Shown here: piece by piece, positions 7,530 through 17,588 of the stretch
How positions within the stretch are numbered: the first letter of the stretch is position 1
How the letters are laid out: the number at the start of each line of letters is the position of its first letter
Assembly: GCA_009835735.1 (NCBI GenBank)
Contig: VXWX01000076.1
Coordinates: forward strand, 420-64,419
Reading direction: 5' to 3'
From: Acidimicrobiaceae bacterium
Lineage (GTDB): Bacteria > Actinomycetota > Acidimicrobiia > Acidimicrobiales > Aldehydirespiratoraceae
Length of the DNA stretch: 64,000 nt
The notes under the pieces: model-generated
Told to the model about the DNA's origin: nothing
The model's database searches: none
Seen by the model: the letters and a program-made list of their open reading frames with translations, nothing else
Made by a program: the position numbers and the translations under genes

Positions 7530-10500
7530 ATGACCTCCGTCGCCAAGCTCAACGAACTTGAACTCGCCGAGAATCCGGCCCGGGAGCTGTTGGAGCGGCT
7601 CGGCTGGACCTACGTCCCGCGCGACGTGTTAGCACAGGAGCGTGACGATGAGCGGGATGTGCTGCTGGCCGGACGGCTCACAGCGGCTCTCAAGCGTCTC
7701 AATCCTTGGATGACGGACGATCAGGCGCAGCGGGTTATCTTCAATCTGCAACACATTGATGCCACCGGCTTGGCACGCAACCAGGCTGTCCACGAGTACC
7801 TGTCGCACGGTATGCCCCTCACCATCGACAGGGGTGGTCGCCAGGAAACGCCCACCGTGCGCTTCTTCGATTTCGAGCACCCCGGACCGGGTGTGGGACT
7901 GAACGAATACGTCGTCACCACGCAGTTCCGGGTGCGCCGCGGCAGCGAGCGCGGCGCACTGCGCGCCAGCGAGAACGACGAGCGGGTCATCAAGCCCGAC
8001 TTGGTGCTGTTCGTGAACGGCATCCCGCTCGTCGTCATGGAGGCGAAGTCGCCCACGCTGCTGGAGATCTGGAAGCAGCAGGCCGTCAAGCAGCTGCATC
8101 GCTACCAGGAGGCCGGCTCGGAGTGGCACGGTACGGGTGCCCCCGAGCTCTTCGACACCAATCTTCTATGCGTCGCCCACTGCGGCGCCGACGCCCACTT
8201 CGGGGCCGTCGGCGCGCCTGAGAACGCCTACACCGGCTGGAAGTCGATCGAGCCGTTCACCGAGAGCAACTTCGAACACCGCTTCGGCACGCCTCCCGAG
8301 GGGCAGGAGAGGCTCATCGCCGGCCTGCTCAATCCCGCGGTCCTGCTCGACATCCTGCGTGACTTCGTGGTCTACGAGCACGAGCAGGGAAGGCTCACCA
8401 AGAAGCTGCCTCGCTACCAGCAATACCGCACCGTGACCCGCGCCCTCGAGCGCATCGTGCAGGGCCGCTCGCCGGCCGAGCGCGGCGGGGTCGTCTGGCA
8501 TACGCAAGGCTCCGGCAAGTCGCTGACGATGCTGTGGCTCGCCACGAAGCTGCGGCGCACACCCGCCCTGCGCAACCCCACCATCGTCGCCGTCACCGAC
8601 CGCACCCAGCTCGACCGGCAGATCACCAAGACCTTCCAGCAGTCTGCGGTCGACGAGCCCGAGCGGGCCAAGACCACGCGGCGTCTCCGCGAACTGCTAC
8701 TGACGAACAATGGCCGCACGATCATGACGACGATCCAGAAGTTCGAGGACGTGCTGAACACTCCGGCGGGCCCGCAGGTCTGTCTCAACGACGCCGACAA
8801 CGTCATCGTGATGGTCGACGAGGCCCACCGCACCCAGTACGGGCGCCTCGCCGCGAAGATGCGAGCGGCCATGCCGCAGGCCACCTTCGTCGGCTTCACC
8901 GGCACCCCCATCGACAAGGGCTTCCGGCGGACAACACTGAGGGTGTTCGGTGCCCTGATCGACTCCTACACGATCCCGCAGTCCGTCGAGGATCGCACCA
9001 CGGTTCCCATCTACTACCAGGCCCGGCTCCCCGACCTGCACATCGAAGGCCCGCAGACGCTCGACCGGCTGTTCGAGGCGCTCTTCGGCGACGAACCCGA
9101 AGCGACGCGCACCGAGATCCGGCGACGCTACGCCAACAAGGAGCGCATCGCGGAAGCAGCCAAACGCATCGAGCAGATTGCGCTCGACATCTCCGAGCAC
9201 TTCCGCAAGCAAGTCCAGCCGAACGGCTTCAAGGCTCAGGTCGTGGCCGCGAGCCGCGCCGCCGCGCTGAGCTATGCGCAACACCTCAACGACTTCGGCC
9301 TGTCCGCCTACCCGATTATCACCACCTCCCACAACGACGGCCCCGAGTTCGCCCGAGCCAGGGAACTCGACCAAGACAAGATTGTCGAGGACTTCATCGA
9401 CCCCGACGGCGAGCCGCAGATACTGGTGGTGGTGGACAAGCTCATTACAGGTTTCGACGCGCCCGTCGAGCAGGTCCTCTACCTCGACCGGTCCATCCGG
9501 GAACACACGCTGCTGCAAGCCATCGCCCGTGTGAACCGCCGCTTCTCGCACCGCAGGAACGGCGTCGCGACGGAGAAGCACCACGGACTAGTGGTCGACT
9601 ACTACGGCGTGTCACGCGAGCTTGAGGACGCCCTCGCCGTTTTCGACGATGGCGATGTCCAGCAGGCGCTCACCGAGTTGGAGGATCCGGGTCCCGTGAT
9701 TCAGGCTGCCGCCGACAGCGCCGAAGCCCACTTCCGTGGCCTCGACCTCGACGACCCGTGGTCATGTGTGCGTCGATTTGCCGCGGACGAGGCCACCGAG
9801 GGCGACTACAAGGCTGACGCCTACGAACGGTTCGACCGTGACTACAGCGACTTCTCGAAGCTGATGGATCGTTACCTGCCCGACCCGGCGGCGCTCGTCT
9901 ATCTCGACCGCCTGCGCCGGCTCACCGTCATCCGGTCCTATGCGCGAGCCCAATTCCTGCGGGAGCGGGCCGATATCGATTGGACCGCCGTCGGCGCGAA
10001 GGTCAAGCATCTGATCGACACGCGTATCGACGCCAGCGTCCGGGAACTGATGGCACCCGTCTCCATCCTCGACCGCGACTTCGAACAGAAGATCGAGAGC
10101 CTTCCCCACGACGAGGCGCGGGCCTCGCTGATGGAGCACGCGCTGCTGGCGCAGATCAACGAGCGGGTCGCAGAGAATCCCGCCCTCTACGAGAGGCTCT
10201 CCGAGGCGCTCGCCCGCATCATCGGGGAGCTGCGGGCCAAGGTGATCGACGCGGCCGAGGGCTGCAAGCGCATGGCCGTGCTGCGTGAGCAGGTCACCAA
10301 AGAGGAAATGTTCGCCGCAGACCAGGGCCTCTCGCCGATGTCCTACGCGGTGTACGGCCTGCTGGACCGCAAACGCATTGACGCAGGCGACCCCAGCGGC
10401 TCCTCCCCCGCAGCATCGGAGCACGTGGAGTTCCAGCCTGCCGACCTTGATGCCAAGGTGAAGGAGATGGCCCTCGACATCGAGGAGATCGTTCAGAATC

Positions 10501-10655
10501 TCCAGTCCTTGATCGACTGGCACGAGAACCTCGAGAGCCAGCGCGAGGTGCGGCGCGACATCAAGCGTCGCCTGCGTGCCGGCCCTTACGACGAGGGCGA
10601 GGTCGAAGAGCTGGCCCGCCAGGTCATGGAGATGGCCCGCAAGAGGCTCGTGTGA
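7530..10655 (+). CDS. hsdR: Type I R-M restriction endonuclease/translocase subunit
   Basis: 1041 aa. Walker A 'TQGSGKSLT', DEAH box 'VMVDEAHRTQ', nuclease-type 'DLVLFVNGIPLVVMEAK'. Confidence 0.93.
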   Translation: MTSVAKLNELELAENPARELLERLGWTYVPRDVLAQERDDERDVLLAGRLTAALKRLNPWMTDDQAQRVIFNLQHIDATGLARNQAVHEYLSHGMPLTIDRGGRQETPTVRFFDFEHPGPGVGLNEYVVTTQFRVRRGSERGALRASENDERVIKPDLVLFVNGIPLVVMEAKSPTLLEIWKQQAVKQLHRYQEAGSEWHGTGAPELFDTNLLCVAHCGADAHFGAVGAPENAYTGWKSIEPFTESNFEHRFGTPPEGQERLIAGLLNPAVLLDILRDFVVYEHEQGRLTKKLPRYQQYRTVTRALERIVQGRSPAERGGVVWHTQGSGKSLTMLWLATKLRRTPALRNPTIVAVTDRTQLDRQITKTFQQSAVDEPERAKTTRRLRELLLTNNGRTIMTTIQKFEDVLNTPAGPQVCLNDADNVIVMVDEAHRTQYGRLAAKMRAAMPQATFVGFTGTPIDKGFRRTTLRVFGALIDSYTIPQSVEDRTTVPIYYQARLPDLHIEGPQTLDRLFEALFGDEPEATRTEIRRRYANKERIAEAAKRIEQIALDISEHFRKQVQPNGFKAQVVAASRAAALSYAQHLNDFGLSAYPIITTSHNDGPEFARARELDQDKIVEDFIDPDGEPQILVVVDKLITGFDAPVEQVLYLDRSIREHTLLQAIARVNRRFSHRRNGVATEKHHGLVVDYYGVSRELEDALAVFDDGDVQQALTELEDPGPVIQAAADSAEAHFRGLDLDDPWSCVRRFAADEATEGDYKADAYERFDRDYSDFSKLMDRYLPDPAALVYLDRLRRLTVIRSYARAQFLRERADIDWTAVGAKVKHLIDTRIDASVRELMAPVSILDRDFEQKIESLPHDEARASLMEHALLAQINERVAENPALYERLSEALARIIGELRAKVIDAAEGCKRMAVLREQVTKEEMFAADQGLSPMSYAVYGLLDRKRIDAGDPSGSSPAASEHVEFQPADLDAKVKEMALDIEEIVQNLQSLIDWHENLESQREVRRDIKRRLRAGPYDEGEVEELARQVMEMARKRLV

Positions 10656-11380
10656 CAGAGCGCGGGGAGGTCGTCTTCGGCGAAGCCCGGATCAAGTACC
10701 AGGTTGTCCGCAGCCCGAGACGACGCAAGACGATCGAGTTGACCGTCGATGCGCCCGGTGTCGTCAGGGTGGCGGCACCTGTCGACACGCCTGCGGAGCA
10801 GGTTGAGGAAACTGTGCGCCGCCGCGCCGGTTGGATCATCCGACACGACGGCGCGACCACGGCGTACGCACCGCCGCGCCGGTTCGTCAGCGGCGAGTCC
10901 CTTCCCTACCTTGGCCGATCGGTGCGCCTCACCGTGCACCCCACCGACGACGCCAGAGTCGCGGTCAGGTTCCACCACTGGGAGTTCGACGTTGACGTCC
11001 CCCGCTCGCTCCAAGGCGAGGAACGGCTCGAGAAGGTCCGAGCCGCATTCGAGGCGTGGTACCGCGACCGCGCCGCGCTGAAGCTCCCGCCACGCGTGAA
11101 GCGCATCTCGAGCCTGATCGGTGTGCAGCCGAAGGCGGTCCTTATCCGCGACCAGCGCCGTCGCTGGGCGAGTTGCGCCCCAGACGGCACGCTGCGCTTC
11201 AACTGGCGCGCTGTCATGGCCCCGCCCGCCCTTCTCGACTACGTGATCGCCCACGAACTCGCGCACCTACGCGTCCGCGGCCACACGCCTGAGTACTGGT
11301 CGGTTGTCGCCCAGGCCGTGCCCGACTACCGCATACGACGCGCCCGGCTCCGGGAAGTCGGCCCGCTTCTCAACATCTAA
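10652..11380 (+). CDS. DUF45/YgjP-like zincin metallopeptidase
   Basis: 242 aa. 'IKYQVVRSPRRRKTIELTVD...VRVAAP' N-terminus and 'HELAHL' HExxH motif. GTG start overlaps the hsdR stop (GTGA at 10652-10655). Confidence 0.8.
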   Translation: MTERGEVVFGEARIKYQVVRSPRRRKTIELTVDAPGVVRVAAPVDTPAEQVEETVRRRAGWIIRHDGATTAYAPPRRFVSGESLPYLGRSVRLTVHPTDDARVAVRFHHWEFDVDVPRSLQGEERLEKVRAAFEAWYRDRAALKLPPRVKRISSLIGVQPKAVLIRDQRRRWASCAPDGTLRFNWRAVMAPPALLDYVIAHELAHLRVRGHTPEYWSVVAQAVPDYRIRRARLREVGPLLNI

Positions 11381-11463
11381 TCCGGAGCGGCTGAGGGTCA
11401 CGCTGATTGGGTGATCTCGGCGAGGGTGGAACGTCAGCCGGCATCTCTCTAGTTCAGTCGGTC

Positions 11464-11853
11464 TCAAAGCGCCGTGACGAATGAACGCGGTAGCACCAAC
11501 TCGAACCGCTCGTCGTGGCCGTACCACGCCATTTCACCATGGCTGAGAATGTCGCGTCCGATGAGCATCGCGCCAACATCGATCTCGACTTCGGGCACTT
11601 CGACGTCGATTGGATCGGGGGGCAGGTCCAGCCCGGGCCCCAGCGTGACTCGGAGTTGGTAGACGTTGTGAACGCTGAAGCCCGATGGGGTCTTGACGCG
11701 GTATCTGGACACAGGCTCAAGACCGAGCATGGATCCGATTCCCTCGTTGACACACGAGACCTCGGCTCCAGTGTCGATCAAGCCCAACCCGTACCACGGA
11801 AGCGGAACTGGAATGCCCTCACCGCTGCGTCGAGTGAACTCGTGCGGGCGCAT
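11464..11853 (-). CDS. Retropepsin-like (clan AA) aspartic protease
   Basis: 129 aa. 'LIDTGAEVS' (D-T-G catalytic motif) and 'MLIGRDIL' (retropepsin G-R-D motif). Confidence 0.65.
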   Translation of the reverse strand: MRPHEFTRRSGEGIPVPLPWYGLGLIDTGAEVSCVNEGIGSMLGLEPVSRYRVKTPSGFSVHNVYQLRVTLGPGLDLPPDPIDVEVPEVEIDVGAMLIGRDILSHGEMAWYGHDERFELVLPRSFVTAL

Positions 11854-11926
11854 CTCGATCTTGATGTCGACAAGCGCGCCGTCGACGGGATCGATGGATC
11901 CCTCGACCCTCGCGTATTCGAGGCCG

Positions 11927-12217
11927 TCAGGAATGGCTGGCTGTCATCAGTCGAGTGACGACGATCACCCGATCCTCATCCAGGACCTGCTTGACGAGGA
12001 AGCGCTGTCCGCCTGCCTTGCGGTAGCCGGCGCTTACGGCGTCGTGCATGTTGTCGAAGAATTCGAGGGGCTCACTTAGACGTCGGTAGATCAGCAAGGC
12101 CCACTTGCCCTCGTGGGACTTCATCATCTTGGCCCGCCGACGTTCGAAAGAGGCTTCGAGGCGGTCCATCACCGGATCGGGAACCATGTTGTTGAGTATG
12201 GCACCTCCGGGCGTCAT
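11927..12217 (-). CDS. Small hypothetical protein, DUF5678-like ('GKWALL' core)
   Basis: 96 aa (85 aa if ATG 12187 is used). 'HEGKWALLIY...LEFFDNMHDAVSAGYRK...FLVKQV' resembles the small GKWVAI-type domain. No clear SD. 73 nt upstream of the protease gene on the same strand. Confidence 0.4.
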   Translation of the reverse strand: MTPGGAILNNMVPDPVMDRLEASFERRRAKMMKSHEGKWALLIYRRLSEPLEFFDNMHDAVSAGYRKAGGQRFLVKQVLDEDRVIVVTRLMTASHS

Positions 12218-12280
12218 CGTCTGCGTATGTCCAGCACGTTGGAGCCGCGAGCGCCGGTCCCATCGACACGCAGTTGATTC

Positions 12281-13423
12281 TCAGGCTGGCTGGGCTACCT
12301 CGGCCAGGGTGGTGAGGAACCGGTCGTTCTGGGCGGGGGTGCCGATGGTGACCCGGATGCCGACCCCCGAGAACGGGCGGACGACCACGCCCCGCTGCTC
12401 CAGGGCGATGCACACGTCGTCGGTGCGGGCACCTAGATGCATCCATACGAAGTTGGCCTGGGTATCGGGTATGTCCCAGCCGTCGGCGGCCAGCGCGCCC
12501 GCTACCCGGCCCCGCTCGACCTTGATGGCATCGATGTTCGCCTGCGCTTCGGCGGCGGCACCGTCGTCTCCCAGCGCAGCCAGGGCCGCAGCCTGGGCCA
12601 AACCGTTGACGTTGAACGGGATCAGGCACTTGTCGATGGCCGACACGATCTCGGGATGCGCCATCACGTAGCCCAATCTCAGGCTGGCCAGTCCGTAAGC
12701 CTTGGAGAACGTCCGGGCCACAGCCACGTTGTCGAAGTGGCCCAGCAGATCGACCACCGGGTCGCCCAGGGCGGGGTCGGCGAACTCCCGGTAGGCCTCG
12801 TCAACCAGCACCACCACGTCACCGGGGATGCTCTCGGCCAGCCTCGCCACCGCGGCCGTCGACACGGCGGTGCCGGTGGGGTTGTTGGGGGTGGCCAGGA
12901 ACACCAACTTGGTGCGCTCGGTCACCGCGGCGGCCACCGAGTCGAGGTCGAAGGCGTGGCCGGCCGTCAAGGGCACCTTCACCAGCGTCCCTCCCATGGT
13001 CTGCACCGAGATCGGATAGGCCTCGAAGGAGATCCAGGGTGTGACCGCCTCGTCGCCGGGATCCATGTAGGCGGTGGCCAGCTGATAGAGGAGGGCCACC
13101 GAGCCCGCGCCCACGGTCACCTGCTCGACGGCCAGATCCAGCCGGTCCGCCAGGGCCTCGCGCACCGCGGTGGCCCGATGGTCGCAGTAGAGGTTGCCGT
13201 CCCGGCACGCCGCGGCCACTGCTTCGACCACTGCAGTGGGGGGAGGGTAGGGGTTCTCGTTGGAGGCCAGCTTGATGGCCTCGGCGATGTTGTGCTCCCG
13301 CTCGGCCTGCTCGGCGGCCTTGCCCGGCTTGTACGCGGGCAGGGCGTCCACGGCGGGACGCACCCGCCCTACCCGCGCCGGAGTCTGGGATTCGGGGGAG
13401 GTCACGGTGCCAGTCTGCCCCAT
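12281..13423 (-). CDS. hisC: Histidinol-phosphate (class II) aminotransferase
   Basis: ORF 12281-13756 trimmed to ATG 13423. 'LASNENPYPP', and PLP-Lys context 'FSKAYGLASLRLGY'. Confidence 0.85.
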   Translation of the reverse strand: MGQTGTVTSPESQTPARVGRVRPAVDALPAYKPGKAAEQAEREHNIAEAIKLASNENPYPPPTAVVEAVAAACRDGNLYCDHRATAVREALADRLDLAVEQVTVGAGSVALLYQLATAYMDPGDEAVTPWISFEAYPISVQTMGGTLVKVPLTAGHAFDLDSVAAAVTERTKLVFLATPNNPTGTAVSTAAVARLAESIPGDVVVLVDEAYREFADPALGDPVVDLLGHFDNVAVARTFSKAYGLASLRLGYVMAHPEIVSAIDKCLIPFNVNGLAQAAALAALGDDGAAAEAQANIDAIKVERGRVAGALAADGWDIPDTQANFVWMHLGARTDDVCIALEQRGVVVRPFSGVGIRVTIGTPAQNDRFLTTLAEVAQPA

Positions 13424-13516
13424 GCGGCACCCACTCCCGAAATCCCTGCTGATGACGACATCACGTGACCTTTGTCGCAGGAATATTGGAGGTGCTGCGG
13501 GCGTACCCTTGGATGT

Positions 13517-15664
13517 ATGGGGACCGGGTCGTCGATGAAGGTCCGAACTGACATCCGGGTGGACGGCATGACCTGCGGTGCCTGCGCCGCCCGAGTAGAG
13601 AGCGCGCTGGGAGCCGCTGAGGGCGTGGTCGACGCGCGGGTGAACTTCGCGTCGGGCCGGGCCACCGTCCTCCACGACGGCAGCACCGACGACGCCGTCC
13701 TGCGGCGGACTATCGAGCAGGCGGGCTACTCCGCGCCGGAGCGGCCGGAGTCCCATGACGAGGCCGAACTGCGGCGCGTCGCCGCCCTGCGCCGGCGGCT
13801 AGTGGGAGCGGTGGTGCTGGGTGTGCCGGTGATGGCCGTTTCGATGCTGTCGCCGCTGCGCTTCGACGGCTGGCGCTGGGCTGCGCTGGTGGCCTCCGCG
13901 GTGGTCATATTTGGCTCCGGGTGGGGCTTCCACCGGGCCGCGGTCCGCAACCTTCGCCACCGGGCGGCCACCATGGACACGCTGGTCTCGCTGGGCACCG
14001 CCGCGGCGTGGGTCTGGTCGGCGGTGGTGCTGTTGGCCGGAATCAACGGCGGCCACGTGTACTTCGAGACCGGCACGGTGATCGTCGCCCTGGTGGTCCT
14101 GGGCAAGTGGCTGGAGGCCCGGGCGACCCGCCGCTCGGGCGAGGCGGTGAGGGCCCTGGCCCGGTTGAGCGCCTCCACCGCCCGCCTCACCGACGGCACC
14201 GAGATACCCGCGGAGGACCTCGCCGTGGGGATGCGCTTCATCGTTCGCCCTGGCGAGCGAATCGCCACCGACGGCGTGGTGGTGAGCGGCGCCTCGGCGG
14301 TGGATATGTCGATGGTGACCGGCGAGCCCGTGCCCGTGGAAGTGGCGCCGGGTGACGAGGTGATCGGAGCCACCGTCAACGCCGATGGCAGCCTGGAGGT
14401 CGAGGCAACCCGGGTCGGGGCCGATACCGCGCTGGCCCAGATTGTGCGCCTGGTGGACGAGGCTCAGGGAGGCCGGGCCGCGGTGCAGCGTCTGGCCGAC
14501 CGGGTAGCTGGCGTGTTCGTGCCCGTGGTCGTGGTACTGGCCGCCGTCACCCTCGGTGTGTGGTTCGCGGTCGGAGCGGCGGCCTCGGACGGGTTCACGG
14601 CGGCGGTCGCGGTGCTGATCATCTCCTGTCCGTGCGCGCTGGGTCTGGCCACTCCGCTGGCAGTGATGGTCGGTACGGGCCGGGGCGCACAGCTCGGGGT
14701 GATCATCAAGGGAGCGGAGGTGCTCGAGGACACCCGGGCGGTGGAGGCCGTGATCCTCGACAAGACCGGCACCGTGACCGAAGGTCGCCTTGAGGTGGTG
14801 GACACCGTGGCTGTATCCGGGTTGGACGCTACGGCCATGGGGCTGCTGGCCGGGGCGCTGGAATCACGCTCGGAGCACCCGGTCGGCGCGGCCATCGCCC
14901 GGCGCTGGCCTCTGTCGAGCACCGTCACCGACTTCTTGAACCATCCCGGCCTCGGCGTTGTCGGACGGGTCGACGGCGCACAGGTGCGCGTCGGCAGGCG
15001 CCCGCTGTTCGATGCCGTGCCCGCCGAACTCGACGAGGCCATCGGCGCGGCCGAGGCCCGGGGCCACACAGCGGTGCTCGTCGGCCGGGGCGCAGCCGCA
15101 GAGGCGGTGATCGCCCTGGCCGACACGGTCAAGCCCACGTCGCGCCGGGCGGTCCAGGAGCTGCGGGCCATGGGCCTGGAGGTGTCGCTCGTCACCGGCG
15201 ACAACAGCCGCACGGCCGCCTGGGTGGGAGAGGCCGTCGGTGTGGACGACGTGATGGCCGAGGTGCTCCCGGCGGACAAGGCCGGCGCCGTGGTGCGTCT
15301 CCAGGAGTCCGGACGGCGGGTGGCCATGGTGGGCGACGGGATCAACGACGCTCCCGCGCTGGCCCAGGCCGATCTCGGCATCGCTATCGGCACCGGAACC
15401 GACGTGGCTATGGAGGCGTCCGACCTCACCGTGGTCGGCGGTGACCTTCGGGCCGTGCCCGACGCCATCGCGCTGTCGCGCCGCACCCTGTCCACCATCA
15501 AGGTCAACCTGTTCTGGGCGTTCGCCTACAACGTGGCCGCCATACCCCTGGCCGCCACCGGCGTGCTCAGCCCGATGGCCGCGGCGGCCGCCATGGGCCT
15601 CTCGTCGCTGTTCGTGGTGTCCAACAGCCTGCGCCTGCGCCGATTCCGCTCGCTGCGGACCTGA
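13517..15664 (+). CDS. Copper-translocating P1B-type ATPase
   Basis: HMA '[12 protein letters not shown]', 'CPC' in TM6, 'DKTGT', 'GDGINDAP'. Start ATG 13517 (ATG 13535 possible). Confidence 0.9.
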   Translation: MGTGSSMKVRTDIRVDGMTCGACAARVESALGAAEGVVDARVNFASGRATVLHDGSTDDAVLRRTIEQAGYSAPERPESHDEAELRRVAALRRRLVGAVVLGVPVMAVSMLSPLRFDGWRWAALVASAVVIFGSGWGFHRAAVRNLRHRAATMDTLVSLGTAAAWVWSAVVLLAGINGGHVYFETGTVIVALVVLGKWLEARATRRSGEAVRALARLSASTARLTDGTEIPAEDLAVGMRFIVRPGERIATDGVVVSGASAVDMSMVTGEPVPVEVAPGDEVIGATVNADGSLEVEATRVGADTALAQIVRLVDEAQGGRAAVQRLADRVAGVFVPVVVVLAAVTLGVWFAVGAAASDGFTAAVAVLIISCPCALGLATPLAVMVGTGRGAQLGVIIKGAEVLEDTRAVEAVILDKTGTVTEGRLEVVDTVAVSGLDATAMGLLAGALESRSEHPVGAAIARRWPLSSTVTDFLNHPGLGVVGRVDGAQVRVGRRPLFDAVPAELDEAIGAAEARGHTAVLVGRGAAAEAVIALADTVKPTSRRAVQELRAMGLEVSLVTGDNSRTAAWVGEAVGVDDVMAEVLPADKAGAVVRLQESGRRVAMVGDGINDAPALAQADLGIAIGTGTDVAMEASDLTVVGGDLRAVPDAIALSRRTLSTIKVNLFWAFAYNVAAIPLAATGVLSPMAAAAAMGLSSLFVVSNSLRLRRFRSLRT

Positions 15665-15772
15665 CCTGCGAGCCTGGAGCCAGTGAGCAGCCTCTACAAG
15701 ATCTGTTATACGCTCTAACCTCGCTGCTGCTGCCATCCCTCGGCGGCCCGGCTAGTCGATGGAGGTGCACAC

Positions 15773-17539
15773 ATGACCCGCATGACCCCCAGCGAGGCGT
15801 TCGTGGAGACGATGGTGGCCCACGGCGTCGACACCATCTTCGGCATCATGGGCAGCGCCTTCATGGATGCCATGGACATCTTCGAGCCGGCCGGCATCGA
15901 GCTGGTACCGGTGGTGCACGAGCAGGGCGCGGCCCACATGGCCGACGGCTTCTCGCGGGTATCGGGACGTCACGGGGTGGTGATCGGCCAGAACGGTCCC
16001 GGCATCTCCAACTGCGTGACCGCCGTCGCGGCCGCCTACTGGGCCCACAGCCCGGTGGTGGTCGTCACCCCCGAGGCCGGAACCATGGGTATAGGCCTGG
16101 GCGGCTTCCAGGAGGCCAACCAACTGCCGATGTTCGAGGAGTTCACCAAGTACCAGGGCCATGTCAACAACGAGCACCGCATGGCCGAGCTGACGGCCCG
16201 CTGCTTCGACCGGGCCCTGTCGGAGATGGGCCCCACCCAGCTCAACATCCCCCGCGACCGCTTCTACGGCGACATCGACGTAGAGATCCCCCAGCCCCAG
16301 CACCTCGACCGCGGCCCCGGCGGGGATCGCACCCTCAACGAGGCGGCCGAGCTGCTGGCCCGGGCCGCTTTCCCGGTGATGATCTCAGGCGGCGGGGTGG
16401 TGATGGGCGACGCCATGGCAGCCACGGTGGCGCTGGCCGAGCGCCTGGCATGCCCTGTGGTGAACAGCTACCTGCACAACGACTCGTTCCCGGCCTCGCA
16501 CCCCCTGTGGTGCGGGCCGCTGGGCTACCAGGGCTCCAAAGCGGCCATGCGGCTCATCTCCCGAGCCGACGTGGTGCTGGCGCTGGGCACCCGCCTCGGC
16601 CCCTTCGGCACACTGCCCCAGCACGGCCTCGACTACTGGCCCACCGGCGCCAAGGTCATCCAGGTGGACGCCGACGCCAAGATGCTCGGATTGGTTAAAT
16701 GCATAGACGTGGGCATTTGCGGCGACGCCGGCGCGGCCGCGGCCGCGCTCACCGCCAGGCTGGCCGGGCGGGAGCTGGCCTGCGACACCAGCCGGGTGCA
16801 GCGGGCCGCGGACATCGCCACCGAGAAGGCCGGATGGGAGGCCGAGCTCGACGACTGGACCGAAGAGACCGACGACTTCAGCGTGGACATGATCAAGCAG
16901 GCCGCGGCCGAGGCCGACGACTGGATGCATCCCCGCCAGGTACTGCGCGAGCTTGAGAAGGCCATGCCGGAGCGGGTGATGGTGTCCACCGACATCGGCA
17001 ACATCAACTCGGTGGCCAACAGCTACCTGCGCTTCGAGGAGCCCCGGTCGTTCTTCGCCGCCATGAGCTGGGGCAACTGCGGCTACGCGCTGCCCACCGT
17101 CATCGGGGCCAAGAAGGCCGCCCCCGACCGCCCCGCGGTGGCCTACGCCGGCGACGGGGCCTGGGCCATGAGCATGGTCGAGACCATGACCGCGGTGCGG
17201 CACGGCATCCCGATCACGGCGGTGGTGTTCCACAACCGCCAGTGGGGCGCCGAGAAGAAGAACCAGGTCGACTTCTACGGGCAGCGTTTCGTGGCCGGCG
17301 AGCTGGACGGCGGCGAGGACTGGTCGGAGGTGGCCCGGGCCATGGGCGCCGACGGTGTTCGGGTCCACCAGCTCGAGGATGTCGGCCCGGCCCTGACCGC
17401 GGCCGTCGACGCCCAGATGAACGGCGGCCGCACCACCGTCATCGAGGCCATGTGCACCAAGGAACTCGGCGACCCGTTCCGCAAGGACGCCCTGAAGCGC
17501 CCCACCCGCTATCTGGACAAGTACCAGGAATACACCTGA
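15773..17539 (+). CDS. Thiamine-diphosphate enzyme, acetolactate synthase / sulfoacetaldehyde acetyltransferase-like
   Basis: 588 aa. The N-terminal Pyr domain 'EAFVETMVAHGVDTIFGIMGSAF...GQNGPGISN' strongly recalls Xsc. TPP motif 'GDGAWAMS...'. Confidence 0.8.
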   Translation: MTRMTPSEAFVETMVAHGVDTIFGIMGSAFMDAMDIFEPAGIELVPVVHEQGAAHMADGFSRVSGRHGVVIGQNGPGISNCVTAVAAAYWAHSPVVVVTPEAGTMGIGLGGFQEANQLPMFEEFTKYQGHVNNEHRMAELTARCFDRALSEMGPTQLNIPRDRFYGDIDVEIPQPQHLDRGPGGDRTLNEAAELLARAAFPVMISGGGVVMGDAMAATVALAERLACPVVNSYLHNDSFPASHPLWCGPLGYQGSKAAMRLISRADVVLALGTRLGPFGTLPQHGLDYWPTGAKVIQVDADAKMLGLVKCIDVGICGDAGAAAAALTARLAGRELACDTSRVQRAADIATEKAGWEAELDDWTEETDDFSVDMIKQAAAEADDWMHPRQVLRELEKAMPERVMVSTDIGNINSVANSYLRFEEPRSFFAAMSWGNCGYALPTVIGAKKAAPDRPAVAYAGDGAWAMSMVETMTAVRHGIPITAVVFHNRQWGAEKKNQVDFYGQRFVAGELDGGEDWSEVARAMGADGVRVHQLEDVGPALTAAVDAQMNGGRTTVIEAMCTKELGDPFRKDALKRPTRYLDKYQEYT

Positions 17540-17541
17540 CG

Positions 17542-17573
17542 CCTGCGGCCCGGCCCGGGAGCCGGACCGCAGG
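17542..17573. terminator. GC-rich hairpin between convergent genes (possible bidirectional terminator)
   Basis: CCTGCGG-c-CCGGC / loop ccggga / GCCGG-a-CCGCAGG. Lies between stops at 17539 (+) and 17589 (-). No U-tract. Confidence 0.35.
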
Positions 17574-17588
17574 GCAGAGGTGGTCGTG

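Larger units (their letters stand above)
4024..12280. other. Putative horizontally acquired defence islet (type I R-M operon plus retropepsin-like pair) between the molybdoenzyme operon and hisC
   Basis: AT-rich left junction and visibly more A/T-ending codons than the flanks. Content is restriction-modification genes. No integrase or transposase seen. Confidence 0.5.

Noticed and set aside
4024-12280. Annotating the R-M islet as a mobile element (ICE, prophage remnant or transposon).
   Set aside because: No integrase, transposase, relaxase, tRNA target or terminal/direct repeats could be found by inspection. Only composition and gene content suggest horizontal origin.
13424-13516. Metal-responsive operator (CsoR/CopY/MerR-type) in the hisC-copA divergent region.
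   Set aside because: No convincing palindrome was found, and there is no adjacent regulator or chaperone gene (csoR, copZ) to anchor a prediction.
15773-17539. Specific call as sulfoacetaldehyde acetyltransferase (xsc).
   Set aside because: The N-terminal resemblance to Xsc is strong by eye. But no pta, sulfite exporter or taurine/isethionate genes are adjacent, and I cannot verify diagnostic residues without an alignment. I left it as a TPP enzyme of the ALS/Xsc group.
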